A stretch of DNA of 64,000 bases, from positions 5,580,001 through 5,644,000 of the forward strand of contig OZ281494.1 of NCBI GenBank assembly GCA_965637545.1. The letters are read 5' to 3'. Origin of the DNA: Phallusia mammillata. Taxonomy: Eukaryota. Positions within the stretch are counted from its first letter, which is position 1; each line of letters begins with the position of its first letter. The translations under genes and the position numbers were made by a program. Below, piece after piece: positions 23,381 to 36,600 of the stretch. The notes below the pieces were generated by a model. It saw only the letters and a program-made list of their open reading frames with translations, did not search any database and was not told where the DNA came from.

Positions 23381-24912
23381 GTGTAGACTGTATTTGTAGC
23401 TTATCTTGTGCTGTAGCAACACAGTAACGTATACCACAATGCTTTACATTTGAGTCGCGGTTGCAACACAGATTTTTTACAGACCAAACCTTTTTCCGGT
23501 CATTGTTCGTATTTAAAATTCGTAATCCTTATTTAGTTGTCGGCAAACCTTCAATTAAAAACTTTCGTGTATGTGAAGTCGTGATCTACTAAAATTTATT
23601 GTAGCTTTGATACCAATCTGCATTGACAACTATACGCTTGGCTTTGACAACTTCTGGCAACTACACACTTGGCCTTTTTTCTATCGTCATCTATACCCTT
23701 TTTATGTTTTAAATGTCGTCCGATGAGTAGAAATTCAACATCTTTTGGCAACAGAAATTATTTTATATTAACAGATTGCACACAAACAAGTATTACCAAC
23801 TAGCTAAACATTGCGAGTTTTTACACTTTTTATATGTTGTTTATGTGATCATTGCGCTCAGGATCTTTTTTTCAAAAATTTGTTTAGAATAAAGTCTATT
23901 TTTTCATGATCTCTTTGCTGTTTTGTGTCAAAATTATACTCTTTGCTGTCAAATCAATAACAGTACAAAGACTTGTATTGACAAAAGTATGATAAAAAAA
24001 ATACAGATTGATGATACTAAAAATATTTGCCTCCACGGACCCCTTGGGTGTCCGCGAACTCCAGGTTGGGAACCACTGGATTAACCAGCCGCATAAACAA
24101 AGTGATTATGTTTTATGCACTTCTGTGATATGCACGCTATATTTTTGGTATATTATGTGTTATTTAACAACAACCCTGGTATAAAGTTTGCCTTGGGCTC
24201 ACTCATTACATGCAAAACCACATTTGCACAGCATCTGAACGAAGAGGAATTTGCAGAATGATGCCCATTGTAGGTGATTTTCCATTAATTTCAGCTAAAG
24301 ACATCATGACTATTTTGTGCACATTGAAGACAGCACATTTAACATGCAGCTTATACCTGTAACATATGGAAGAACCACAGATCGTGGAAAATTTCGGGAT
24401 CTACATGTCTGTAACATATTATCTAAATGACGTATGTGTCTTACAAAGGTGAAAACATAGATTGGAAATAAAATCGTGGAAAACGACAGGATTTGAGTAT
24501 TCGTCTGTCATTGCTGTTGTGCAGTTTGGTCTCATAACAGATAAAACGTTTTTTTGCGTTGCTTTGGCATTTTAATTGGTTGGTATGTTAGGCAGATACG
24601 TTCGATGGGTGTGGTCAGATTGCTACCACGATTCTTTAAGGCTGTGGTGCGTTAAGAAGTAATAAGAAACCTTAGCCCAAATATGTCCGTACATCAAGCA
24701 AAAGTGATTTTTCTTGCCAATGTGTAAAATCGACAGCATACTTACCAGTTAAGTTTTACCAAAGCCTAAAATGATTTTAATTGTGGTTTTACTGGTGCTA
24801 GTCAGAAAAAGTTTAAGGGTCAATTTTAATGATCACTTGACACGAAGTTTTGTTTTTTGTCAGGTCATTATTCACGTTCAACATTCAGGTTTTGATCTGG
24901 TATTGATTCAAG

Positions 24913-27900
24913 ATGTTGTTTGTAAAAATTATCTTGCTTTCGGTTGTAAGATCGGTTTGGTCGCAGGTTGTTCCAGGTGATTTTTGTCGTCTAATATTTA
25001 ACGACTGAAAATTTTATTTTGTTAAAAGTTGTTTTTTTCGACTTAGGCCGATTTTGTCCAAGATACGCTTGCGACGATTTCGTCGATTGTTTTCTCGAGG
25101 GCGAAACGCAGCTTTCAGCCAATGCTACCGGGACAATCTTGCAATTGTGGAGACGATTCAGACAAGAAACCTGTCCAACAGTATGGGATTTCGCCGCACG
25201 AAGCGATGGTGGAGACCTTCGCCCCGGAGAAGTTTACTATTGCCAATACCTTCTTCAAACGGCCGAAGTTCAGCTGGAGTTTCTCAAAACAGGTAACTTG
25301 GTTAACGCCTGAACAGCACAGTTTGCCCTGCACCACAGGAACAATTTGCCTTGCACCACAGGAACAGTTTGCCCTGCACCCCAGGAACAGTTTGCCCTCA
25401 CCAAAACTTATACAAATTAGCGTTACATTCTTGATCCTTGCTTAAATGATTACAAGTGTTGTTGTTGTTCTACTTTTTAATAAAACAATTTGTTTTTGTC
25501 AAAATAACTGCTGATGAGTTTATATTAACCCATAAATTCCCGCGATCGTTTTAATCGTCAGTATTAATTTGGCAATTTTTGCACAAAATCTCATCACCGA
25601 CTTATGCATCTCACCCAGCAGCTACCTGGCACCATGGCCATCTCAATTGCTGCAGGCTTGGTGGTTCATCAAGAAAGAAACAAAATCGACGAGTTCATCA
25701 ACGGTTAAACTCACAAGTTTCATTTGTGTTCGCAGGCGTTCCAGTTTTTCCTGATTTCCTCATCATGGTCAAAAAGAACGTTCCAAACTTTCACTGGGCA
25801 TCGTCGCGTAGCCCACAGGGCTGTTACGCTTTACCGGATCCTTCAATCGTTCTTGGTCCGGCCGCCATTGCCAATAAGAAACAGAATGACATCGTTTCCT
25901 GCTTGGGAAGAAATGCATCGACCCCGTTTCTTGTCTTAAGTGAGTAAACACTGATGCACATGTTTCCCTTTTTTTGCATATACAGCTGATTTTTCTGAAA
26001 ACAAAACAATAAACGAAAGTTGCAGCATGATAAACTACAGAACAAAAACGTCACAAAAAACAAAAGTATAATCAAGACGGCTTCCTCTGAAAACCATACT
26101 ACATACTTTTCCCAAAAGTTGATTTAGTTCATTTAATATTTTTACGCATCGGTTAAATTTATCACTAAATGCAAAGACTTCTGAACGATTTTGTACTTTT
26201 ACACAAAAACTTTATTCACCTTTACATGTTATTTGCATTTTTAGTTTAGTTAAGACTCAATACATTTTTGGGGAGATTTTAAATACTTCTTGTGTCTGTT
26301 CAACCCAGATTTGATTTGACTATTTCAAAATAACCCTATTTATTTCAGACGTGACTTCAAAGAACACAACGCACCCAGGGGACAAAAATTCGTACATTGA
26401 TGGCTACACTAACAAACCTCCCACTTACGCCAAATGGATTACCGGTCCTCTTAACAACACCAAGGACCACGCATGTGCGACAGTGCGAGCTTCAGATGGA
26501 CTCTGGACCAACAGAGATTGCTCAAACATAGATGTTGCATGTAACTATTCAGGTTCGTTTAATCAAGATTAATTGAAACCAAACTACTTAACACCAGCAT
26601 AAAAACAAGACAAATACGTTTTACTACACAACAACTATAACATAACACGTACCGCTTTTCTGACTCAGTCTGGCAATAAGCACCACACCTAACGTCATAA
26701 TTTGTCTGCACATTGTCTGTTTTGTGAAATTTGGTTACATGAAATAAATAGTAATGATTCTTTTTTATCAGCATTAGCTAGTGGCATATACACATATGTT
26801 CTTGATTCACCACAGGAATGTAGTTATAGCAAAACCACCAGTTCAATACGTTTCAGTCAAAATGCCCATAAACATGTGCAGTGTTACAATAATGTAGTGT
26901 ATGTATATTTTATTTCGATGTATCTTGCAGTGTTGCTTTCTCCGGTGGTTGCATTGATGCAAGACGCAGTTGCAGGTACATCGGGTGATCCAAATGTTCT
27001 CATCGGAATCGAACAACAGCTTCGTACAGTGGCAATAAACAATCCCGACTTCGTGAATCCAGGAGAGATTCTTACCCTCGGATCCGTGCAGCTTTCCATT
27101 AACACCACGATTGTCGACAGCAAAGATAAAGATAAAGTATTGGAGGCGAGCTTAAATCTTACTAGCGCCTTCGTCAGTTACCGATTGTCCTTGAAACCGA
27201 TCAGAAAAAAAGAAGACGAAAAGGTGGATACCCCAGTCATGTCTTTTCCCCGCAACGTCACCGATTCAATCAGAAGCGATGCCGCAAGTGGGGACGGAGA
27301 AAGGCTCGTCTCGCCAGGAACCGTCTCCTTCATCACGGTCTCAGGCTACTACGGTAAAAACGGGACTTTACCGGGGTTCGTCGACATCCGAACGAAGCGC
27401 CCTGAATCGGCTGGGGCTTGCGAAGATCTCATCTTTGCCACAAAAAACATCTCCGGCAAAAGCTCACTCAAACTTCGTCCCGTTTGCGCTTTCATCAACC
27501 AAACCACCAAGCTGTACAGCACTTCCGGCTGCGTGACGTCATACGACATGGAGACCAATGACGTCAACTGTACGTGTAACCACCTGACCATGTTTGCGGT
27601 TCTATTGGCGGTGAGGAATGTGGTTGTCCCAACCGGAGTATCTGTGAGTGAGATTTCTAAAAAATAATTTATGGTCTCTGTAGCTTAGCATTTTTGGTGA
27701 AAAAGCATTTGTCACTTCTTAAGTTTTGCAGTTTTCAAACAACATAAACATCAGGGCTGAAACAACATCTCTTAATGCAATTTGTCGCTACAGATGGTGT
27801 CTTACACCACTGAATCGTCATCCATAGCTTTCCTCGGCATCACTATTGCTATTCTACTCTGGTTCAAGGACAGTGTAAAGGGCGATCGTACTCCTGTTCA

Positions 27901-29582
27901 GATCAACCTGGCTGTAGCACTCCTAATTTTCCATTCCGTCAACTTGTCACATGACCTCGCCATCCTGCATGATGAGTTCTGTGTAGCTCACTGTGCAATC
28001 AACCACTACTTCTTGCTTGCAACAGGTTGGTATTGAGTTACAAATTATTAAGTGTTGTTACATATCAGTTGCATTTTAACACGGACCAGAAACGGAAAAG
28101 ATCCATGTTTGGTTGCGGAAATTCAGTCGGCTTCAGCATTTATTTTCAATCAGTTTCAATTATTTACTTGCCTGCGAATATTTCTTCTACACACAACTAC
28201 ATTTTAATTAAACTCGTTTAAATCATGCATTTGTTTACCATGCATACAGTATGAAGTTGAAAAAAGCTTTTTTTATGAATTTGTAAGAAAATTTAATCAC
28301 AAATTGACACACAAATTCCAAGAAGTACAAAACACCTAAAATTTTCTGTAATAAGTCACAACCCTGCGTATTTGTGCACGATTAATGGATTCTATCTACT
28401 TAAGGATGTTGGCTGTGTGTCGAGGGAGTTCGCATCTTCATGGCAACCTCTGATCCAGTAGGTTTCAAGGTGCAGAATGAACTGAAGAGATACAGAGTCT
28501 TCCTCGTTGTAGGATGGGCAATCCCTCTCGTCATTGTGGGATCATCACTCGCTGTGGGGATTCCCCTGGGACTACACATGGAGCCTCAACCCTTTTTCAC
28601 CCAGTGTCAGCAATATCGCAACGAAACTGTTTTCATCCCCAAGTATGAGAGATGCTGGTTGGCTCCCGGTACTCCGATTTTCTACTCCACGGTCGTCGCT
28701 CCTCTTGCTGTCATCCTTCTCATTAATCTCATCATCGTGGTGAAGACATCAGTGGTGATGCTCAACTCGAAGAGGATGCAGAATAGGAATCAGGGACACA
28801 GCATGAAGGACATCTCGAGAGCAGGAAAGTCCCTCTTCCTTCTCTTCGTGATGTTGGGCGGAACTTGGGCAATCGCTTTCTTCACAGGTGAGACTATGTG
28901 CAATTTATGTTCATTTTTTTTTCAGTACATTAGGAATCGAGTTAATATTAGGCATGGATATTTAAGTGCCGCTAAACTTTTGTACGGAATCGATTAGCTT
29001 TGCACAATAGTGCACCAGCGCTACCTGATGGTTGCCACAATTTTTTCCTGTGATAAACCTTTCACTTATTTAGGAATTATATATAGGTCTGTATTAACTG
29101 GAATGAACAAAAGATGGAACAGCTAGTGCGTTTTAGGGTAAACCTATTGCACTTTACTGACTGTTTGTAATTCCACAAAAAAAACACCAGCCAATGCTGC
29201 GAACAAATACAATAAAATATTGTTCACTTAAACTGTTTTTACAGGAATTGGGAACGAAGTCACCTCCCAGGTCTTCCTGTACATTAATGCGATTGTTAAC
29301 GGGGCTCAAGGCGTCATCGTCTTCCTGCTGTATTGCGTCATGAATGACGTTATACGAGAGAAGCTCCTTCTATTGTTGAACATAAAGAAAAAGAAGAATT
29401 CCTCGAAGGGAAAGAGCACCGGGTCCAAACCAATCAAGAGCGTTCCACGACCGAAAAAGACGAGTGCGGCCAAGGCCAAAGCAAAGGTGCAGGCCAATGT
29501 GAAAGCTGCCAACCGCAAAACCTGTTTGATCAGGGAAAACCCATCTACCGGAATAATTCCATCACCAACTGACGAGCAGTAA
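24913..29582 (+). CDS. Adhesion GPCR copy 2, intact, ~827 aa
   Basis: Exons 24913-24976, 25047-25292, 25736-25939, 26349-26552, 26931-27643, 27794-28025, 28405-28887, 29245-29582; total 2484 nt, open; same motifs as copy 1. Confidence 0.92.
25318..25402. repeat. 23-bp minisatellite (~3.6 copies) in intron 2 of copy 2
   Basis: Unit CACCACAGGAACAGTTTGCCCTG at 25331, 25354, 25377 plus a partial unit before; not seen in the other copies. Confidence 0.85.
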
Positions 29583-30569
29583 TGTCAGTAACAGTCGTGC
29601 AAAACTGGACAAAACACACAACATATACAGAATAAAACACACACACTTTAGAAATTTAAATATCTTATTTTTTAGATATCAGAATTTGAAAATAATGTTT
29701 CAAGTAGCGTCATTACTAGTTTTGTGCATCTTAGCACGTTTTATTTTGTATTTTGCCCGCAAAATGAACACAAATACGGTTCATTGTAAGGTACGAAACA
29801 TTATGAAAAAATGTACATGTTCTTCAAATCGACACCATTCAACTATTTTTACACACTGCATCGCTCATTTTGTCATTGTTTAACAGGTTGGAAATTTTTT
29901 GGATATTTGTTTATTTCATTTTGAAACAGCACAATGTTACTAATTTCAACACTAATATCTGTCTTGTTTATTTTGACATGTGTTACTTTTATCCCCCCAA
30001 AAAAATCCCCGAAAAATCTCTCTTCAATCCATCATGCGCTTGTCCAAGCTTTGTGTTGTTGAGTTTTAACGAAAATATGTTCGTGCGCTTGGTCGTTTTT
30101 TAGCTAATTTGGTTGACGTAAAATGTTAACACACATGGTTTGAGTATAATTTGAACCCGTTTTCTACAAACTTGGCATATTATTATGAACTGTTGCACAA
30201 ATGCTCGTCAATGTTTGTAGCTTGTCTCTTTGTCAATCTCTTTCTCGTCAATGTTTGTAGCTTGTCTCTTATCATGCGATTTAATTGCACTTTATAGCTA
30301 CAGTTTCAACTAAAATTTAATTTCACTTTATAACATATTTCTTTTTTAAGCAGATAATTGCTTTTATTTTTGCAGCTTTGCATTTGAAACATATCACTCT
30401 TTACTTTGATTTTAAATTTACCTACATAGTTGCATGTAAAAATAGTTCTGCAGTAATTTACTCCACAGCGTCAACTAGCGAAAATATGAAATTCAATTTT
30501 GAACAAACCGGTATTTCTTCATGGCGTTTAGGCTTTTAATTAACACCATCCCTGTTTTCTTCTGTAACC

Positions 30570-30870
30570 TACTTTTGTCAATAAAAAATTTGTACAGATA
30601 TTGATTTGAAACCAAAGAGACGGAACAACAAAGGTATTGTGCAATAATTCTGAAATTCGACGGTTCGCGTTGCAACTATGTCAAGAAGGTTATACATTAA
30701 AAATTTGTAAAGGAAACGAGGTTTAAAACGGTCAAATTAAATAAGTGCCCAATGCATTTTTGCGGCAGGCAAATGCATGTTATTTATTCGTTTCTTGAAA
30801 AAAGTTGAATACATAAAAACTAAAACTGATACAGATTATCTACCACAGAAAAAGTAATCGAGAATTTAAG
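30570..30870 (+). pseudogene. Decayed death-domain exon relic behind GPCR copy 2
   Basis: NNSEIRRFALQLCQEG|gt at ~30645-30690 corresponds to QNSEMRWFAFEVWCEEG|gt at 13250-13300. Confidence 0.55.
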
Positions 30871-31300
30871 AGCAAGGTCTTCACATCATTACCTACATTG
30901 CATTGACTTAAAAAATTTGTTGTTTTTGTACAGTGATTATTTATGTTATATGATATATTTGTCATGTAGATTTTATTTGTTTCAGATTGCAATTGTTACG
31001 TAATGCTTTTAAACAAATATTAGTAGCTTCAACTTCTGTTGTCATAATATTTTATCATATACATTTTTGTTGTTTAGTACTGATGAAGCACCACAATATA
31101 CCAAGATGTTTTTACATTTGAATCGCGTTTGTAATACAAATTTTTTTACAGCCAAACCTATTTTAGGTCTTTGTTGGTATTTTTTAATTCGTTACCTCTA
31201 TTTGTTAGATGCCAAACCTTCAATGGCATATTTGAGTGTATGTGAAGTCATAATTTACTAAAATTTAATGTAGCCTAGAATCCCAGATCTCAATCTAGAC

Positions 31301-31517
31301 CAGGGGTTCTTAACCTGGGGTGCACGCACCCCCAAGGGGTGCGAGAACTGTTCCTAGGGGGTGCGGGGATGCTGAATCATTAAGGTTGGTTAGGTCAATT
31401 CTATTTAAGCAATTACAGAAGGGGGAGCGAAAATTGGTTAGTGATTTGTAAGGGGGTGCGAAAATTGGTTGGTGATTTGAAAGGGGTGCAGCAAGGAAAA
31501 AAGGTTAAGAACCACTG
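31301..31517. mobile_element. hAT (Charlie-type) MITE
   Basis: TIR CAGGGGTTCTTAACCT / AGGTTAAGAACCACTG; perfect 8-bp TSD ATCTAGAC (31293-31300, 31518-31525); empty sites near 23620 and 46100. Confidence 0.9.
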
Positions 31518-32584
31518 ATCTAGACTGACAACTACACACTGGGCTTTTTTCTATTTTTGTCATCTATAGCTTTATCATCGATGTTTAAATACCGTTCGAT
31601 AAGTAGAAATTTACAACTTTTGACAACAGTATTGATTTTATACTAACATATTATACACAAACAAGTATTACCAACTATCTAAACATTGAGAGTTTTTACA
31701 CTTTTTATATGTTGTTTATGTGGTCAGTGGTCACTCAGGATCTTTTTTAAAATTTTGTTTAGAACAATTCTATGTTTTATTGTTCTTGTTGCTGTTTTGT
31801 ATCAAAATAAAACTCATTGCTGTCAAATCAATAGCTGTACAAAGACCTGTATTGACAAATGTATGATAAGAAAAAGACGTGACTGTATACAAAAGTTTAA
31901 ACGCTACTAAGAAACACGTGTTTAAATTTTTTTGTGTTTGGCGCCAAAATTGATTGAAAATTGAGTCAATTAATGTGCAATGATTCTTACATGCAAACTT
32001 TGTAGCGAAACTCAAAACGAAAGTAAAAAGTTTTATGAGTCAAATACAACACTGCGAAAACCAACAAAATCTTATCTCTCAAGAAACAGAAAACATGTTA
32101 TAGCGATAAAGCAAAATATTCAAGACAGATGTTGGTGTTACAACACGGAAATTGCGATGTTTTAAGAATTATACTTAAAAATTATCGTTCACCAAGCCAA
32201 TTAATAAGATAATACCGACAAATTAAACAGTTAAGAAAGCGTTTATGTTACAAAGACAAGATGTCGTTACAAAGAATACATAGTGTCGTTTTAAAGAATG
32301 CATATTTAACACAACGTCAAAATCTAATTAACCGAATATGTGCGTATCGTGCTGCTCTAAAAGTTTATAAAAATGTAATTAATTCTTTGACAAAATTGAA
32401 AGTAGAAAAAACACGTGCAAAATGCACACATCTGTTATTGCCGTTATGTCAAAGATGATTAGTTTAATTTCTAATGTCTGAACAAACTTTTGCTGTGTTC
32501 GGGTCCAGGTGACTATTTTACAAATAAAAAATCCTTATATAAAAGCACGTGACAAAATTCACACGACCACTGGTGACGTCACTG

Positions 32585-32919
32585 CTAGTAATTTGCTGTT
32601 TGTGTTATGCCGGAAGTTGGATTTTCCCTGATCAAACAGGTTTTGCGGTTGGCAGCTCTCACATTGGTCTGCACCTTTGCTTTGGCCTTTGCCTCACTCG
32701 TCATTTTCGGTCGTGGGACGCTCTTGATTGGTTTGGACTCGGCGCTCTTTCCCTTTGAGGAATTATTCTTCATTTTCTTTATGTTCAACAATAGAAGGAG
32801 CTTTTCGCGTATGACGTCATTCATGACGCAATACAGCAGGAAGACGATAACACCTTGAGCGCCATTCACAACCGCATTGAGGTAAAGGAAGACTTCGGAG
32901 GTGATTTCGTTTCCGATTC
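32585..32919 (-). pseudogene. Orphan last exon (TM7 + C-tail) of an inverted adhesion GPCR
   Basis: Acceptor at 32921/32920; GIGNEITSEVFLYLNAVVNGAQGVIVFLLYCVMND...TANY stop; flanks ~31870-33115 parallel ~46990-48230 (copy 4) but no exons 1-7 follow. Confidence 0.85.
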
Positions 32920-33169
32920 CTGCAAAAAGAGAAATAAAAACTGTCAGTAAAGTGCAATTGGTTTATCCCCAAACGTACTAGCTAGCTGTTCGCCTTATGT
33001 TTATTAATGGTAATACAGACCGAAAATATCATGTACTTCACAAATATAGTAAAAAGTTTTATCACAGGAAACAAATGTGGCAACTAAGCAACGCTAAAGC
33101 GTCGTTGTACAAAGCTAATTGACTAAGTATAAGCGTTTAACAGCACATACAAGTCCATGCATAATATTA

Positions 33170-33260
33170 ACTTCTGATTTCCTTATTACGAAAAAAAGAA
33201 CGTTTCGAACTTTGCTGAAGCATCATCGCGCACTCCCGATGGCTGTTTTCATTTTAACGA
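33170..33260 (+). pseudogene. Decayed fragment of GPCR exon 3
   Basis: TTCCTTATTACGAAAAAAAGAACGTTTCGAACTTTGCTGAAGCATCATCGCGCACT resembles 17949-18005 (FLIMIKNNVPNFAEASSRT). Confidence 0.55.
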
Positions 33261-33629
33261 GCTATTGGTCACCGAATGCATGGCGACAATGTAGAGTCAC
33301 TGAAATGTCTATTCAGCCAAGGTAATCTATTCTAAGTACCCTATCCAGTCAACTTCTACAGAAGTCGTACTTAACAGTTCGGTCTACACTAATGGTAGCT
33401 TTAATGTTTATATATCATTAAATCAAGCGTATCATTGATCTAATGCGGGTGATTTCTAGCTTATTTTTCGTGGCAAGACATCGAAACAATTTTGTACACT
33501 CATTGCATTCAAACAACCTTTGCTCAACATTTAAACGTAGAGGGATTTGTAGACTGATATCCATTGTAGGTGATTTTCCATTAATTTCAGCTAAAGACAT
33601 CGTGACCATTTTGTGCACCATGATGTCAC

Positions 33630-36600
33630 TGTGATGTATGTATTTACCGCTAGATGTCGTCCCTGAGTTATGACGTCACGTTTCGTATATAACCGTGTAC
33701 CGCGTCTTAAACGTGGCAGTCAATACAGGTAACCGCTTAAAGGTGTGTGCGTTCATGACATGGTGTCAGAAGTGGTTTTATAAAATGGAAGGTTCGTTCT
33801 CACTGCCTGAAGCTATGCAATGGAGTGGCAATGTGTCACAAAACTGGGTTAAGTTTATCAGGGGATTTAGGCTTTATTTGACAGCTGTTGGTTATGACGG
33901 AAAGGCTGCAAAAGTTAAAACATCTATGTTGCTCCACGTGTTGGGAGAGCAAGGTCAAACCATCCACTCAACATTTAAATTTGAAGAAGGACAAGAAATG
34001 CACTTTGAAACTGTGGTCAATGCCTTCGAAAGCTACTGTTGTCCGAGGAAGAATATCACCAGCGAGCGATACAGGTTTTTTTTCTAGAAATCAAAATGAT
34101 GGTGAAAGAATAGATGTTTTTATAACCGATTTAAAAAAACTGTCTAAAAGCTGTGATTTCGGTGAACTTTGCGACTCATTAATCCGAGACAAAATTATTA
34201 TTGGTATCAAGTGTGTTCAACTTCGTCAAAGTTTGCTGCGGGAAGAGGAACTAACGCTTGAAAAAGCTATTAAAATGTGCATAACAAACGAAACAGTAAG
34301 ATCGCAAATGACAATGTTTCGATCAACAAATTCTACAAGTTGTAGCTTGGATGCTGTTCAACGCGAACCACGTGGTAATCAATTACCAGCGCCTCGATTT
34401 TGCAGATTCTGTGCCTTGCGACATGACGTCAGAGCGTGTCCTGCCTGGGGAAGGCGATGCTTGAAGTGTGGTGGAAGAAACCACTTCGCTCGATGTTGCA
34501 GTGCAGCTAATCACCCGCAAGCGCAACGCGCGGATACAATTCAGACGTACAACATGCAATCTGTAAGTACTACTAGTTCACCAAAAGATTGGCTTGTTGA
34601 CATTTTTGTGCTTTCATGTACACTTCGTTTTAAGATAGACACGGGAGCCCAAGTAAATATTTTGTCACGAAATGATTTTCAAAAACTTCAGGGACGTCCA
34701 TATGTTTCTATTACTAATATTCGATTGATCTCATATACTGGCCACCATATTCCAGTTTGTGGGACAATTAGTTTAACACTTCAATACAGAGAGCATTCAT
34801 TTACTCTACCATTTGTTGTTGTGGAGATTAATGCATTGCCTATTATAGGATTAAATGGAGCAGTAACTCTTGGCCTAATAAATAGACTGGAACCGATTGT
34901 CAGTGACGAACAAAATTTGCTGTCCAGCTTTTCAGATTTATTTCAAGGGTTGGGTTGTGTTCCAGGTTGTCACCGAATAAAGACCGATAACAAAATTTGT
35001 CCCGTAGTCCGTCCCAGCAGAAAAATTCCATTTGCACTCAAAAACAAACTACAACAGGAGCTACAAAGAATGGAAAGCATGCAAGTAATCAAAAGAATAG
35101 AAGAACCAACTAAGTGGGTGAACTCTCTTGTAATAGTAGAAAAGAAAAACGGAAAACTAAGAGTTTGCTTAGATCCGCGAGATTTAAATAAAGCAATTTT
35201 GCGTGAGCATTTCTGTCTTCCGACTAGAGAAGAAATTATGAGTCAATTTTCAAATGCTAAAGTATTTTCTAAACTCGACGCTTTGTCTGGGTTTTGGCAA
35301 GTAAAGTTGGATGAAGATAGTTCTAAGCTTTGTACGTTTAACACCCCGTTTGGACGGTATAGATTTTTGCGCATGCCGTTCGGCATTTGTTCTGCTCCAG
35401 AAGTGTTTCACAAGTTGGTGTACATGATGTTTGAACACATGAACGGCGTTGTAACGTCTATGGACGATATTGTGGTTTGGGGTTCAACTAAGCAGGAACA
35501 TGACATGAGGCTTAAAAATGTGTTAACGGTTTTGCAACGCAATAATCTGAAACTCAATAAGGAAAAATGTGTGTTCGGTGTAGACAAGATTACTTTTCTT
35601 GGTGAAGTTGTTAGTGCTTCAGGTGTTCAACCTGATCCAAATAAAGTTCATGCAATAGAGCAACTAAAGCGTCCTCAGTCTAAGGGTGACTTGCTGAAAT
35701 TTTTGGGAATGGTCACGTACCTAGGTCGTTTCATTTCCGACTTGTCTACTAAAACATCTTCTTTGCGTTTGTTATTGCATAAACGGAGCAACTGGGAGTG
35801 GACGCAAGCACACGAAATGGAATGGAGGAATTTAAAACGGCTGGTCACAACTGCCCCAGTACTTCGGTTTTTCGACCCCAAGAAATCGATCAAAATTTCG
35901 GCAGACGCATCTAAACATGGACTTGGAGCTGTAATTTTGCAACAGCATGACAACATGTGGCAGCCAGTGGCTTATGCGGCAAGAGCTTTAACAACCGCTG
36001 AAACAAGGTATGCACAAATTGAAAAGGAATTGCTTGCTATCACCTTTGCATGTGAAAGATTTTATCAGTATGTTTATGGTCAGAAATTTGTGGTAGAAAC
36101 TGATCACAAACCTCTCATAGCGTTGTTTCTCAAGGAGTTAAATAACTGTCCGTTGCGCATTCAACGTCTAGTGATCCGGTTGCAAAGATTTCATTTCACC
36201 GCAGAGTTTACTCCAGGTAAATTCATGCACACAGCTGATTTGTTATCAAGATGTGTGGAGAACAGTGTGTCCGTTCAATCGCTTTCTTGTCACAGTGTAT
36301 GTGAATATGTAGATCTAATTGTATCCGCTATTGCTTGTATGCCATTAGTTAAACAAAAGTTACAAAGTAAAACCATATGTGACGAACAGTTGCAAATTGT
36401 AATGCGTCTTGTAAATAATGGTTGGCCTTTACATAAGCATGCTTGTCCTGTTTTAGCAAAACCCTTTTGGGATGTCAAAAATGAACTTTCTGTTGTTGAA
36501 AATGAACTTTCTTTTCTGCGGTATTTTGTTTCGTGGATCTCGAATAGTTGTTCCAATGTCTATGCGCAGTTATTTTTTAGAACGTGTGCATGAAGGCCAT

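Noticed and set aside
33761-33775. tRNA-Leu-like sequence
   Set aside because: Only the 15-nt complement of a tRNA 3' end, i.e. the primer-binding site, not a tRNA gene.
34071-34087. Programmed gag-pol frameshift at the T8 run
   Set aside because: It needs a +1 shift about 100 codons into Gag, inside a motif that reads normally with T7; a mutation or homopolymer error is more plausible.
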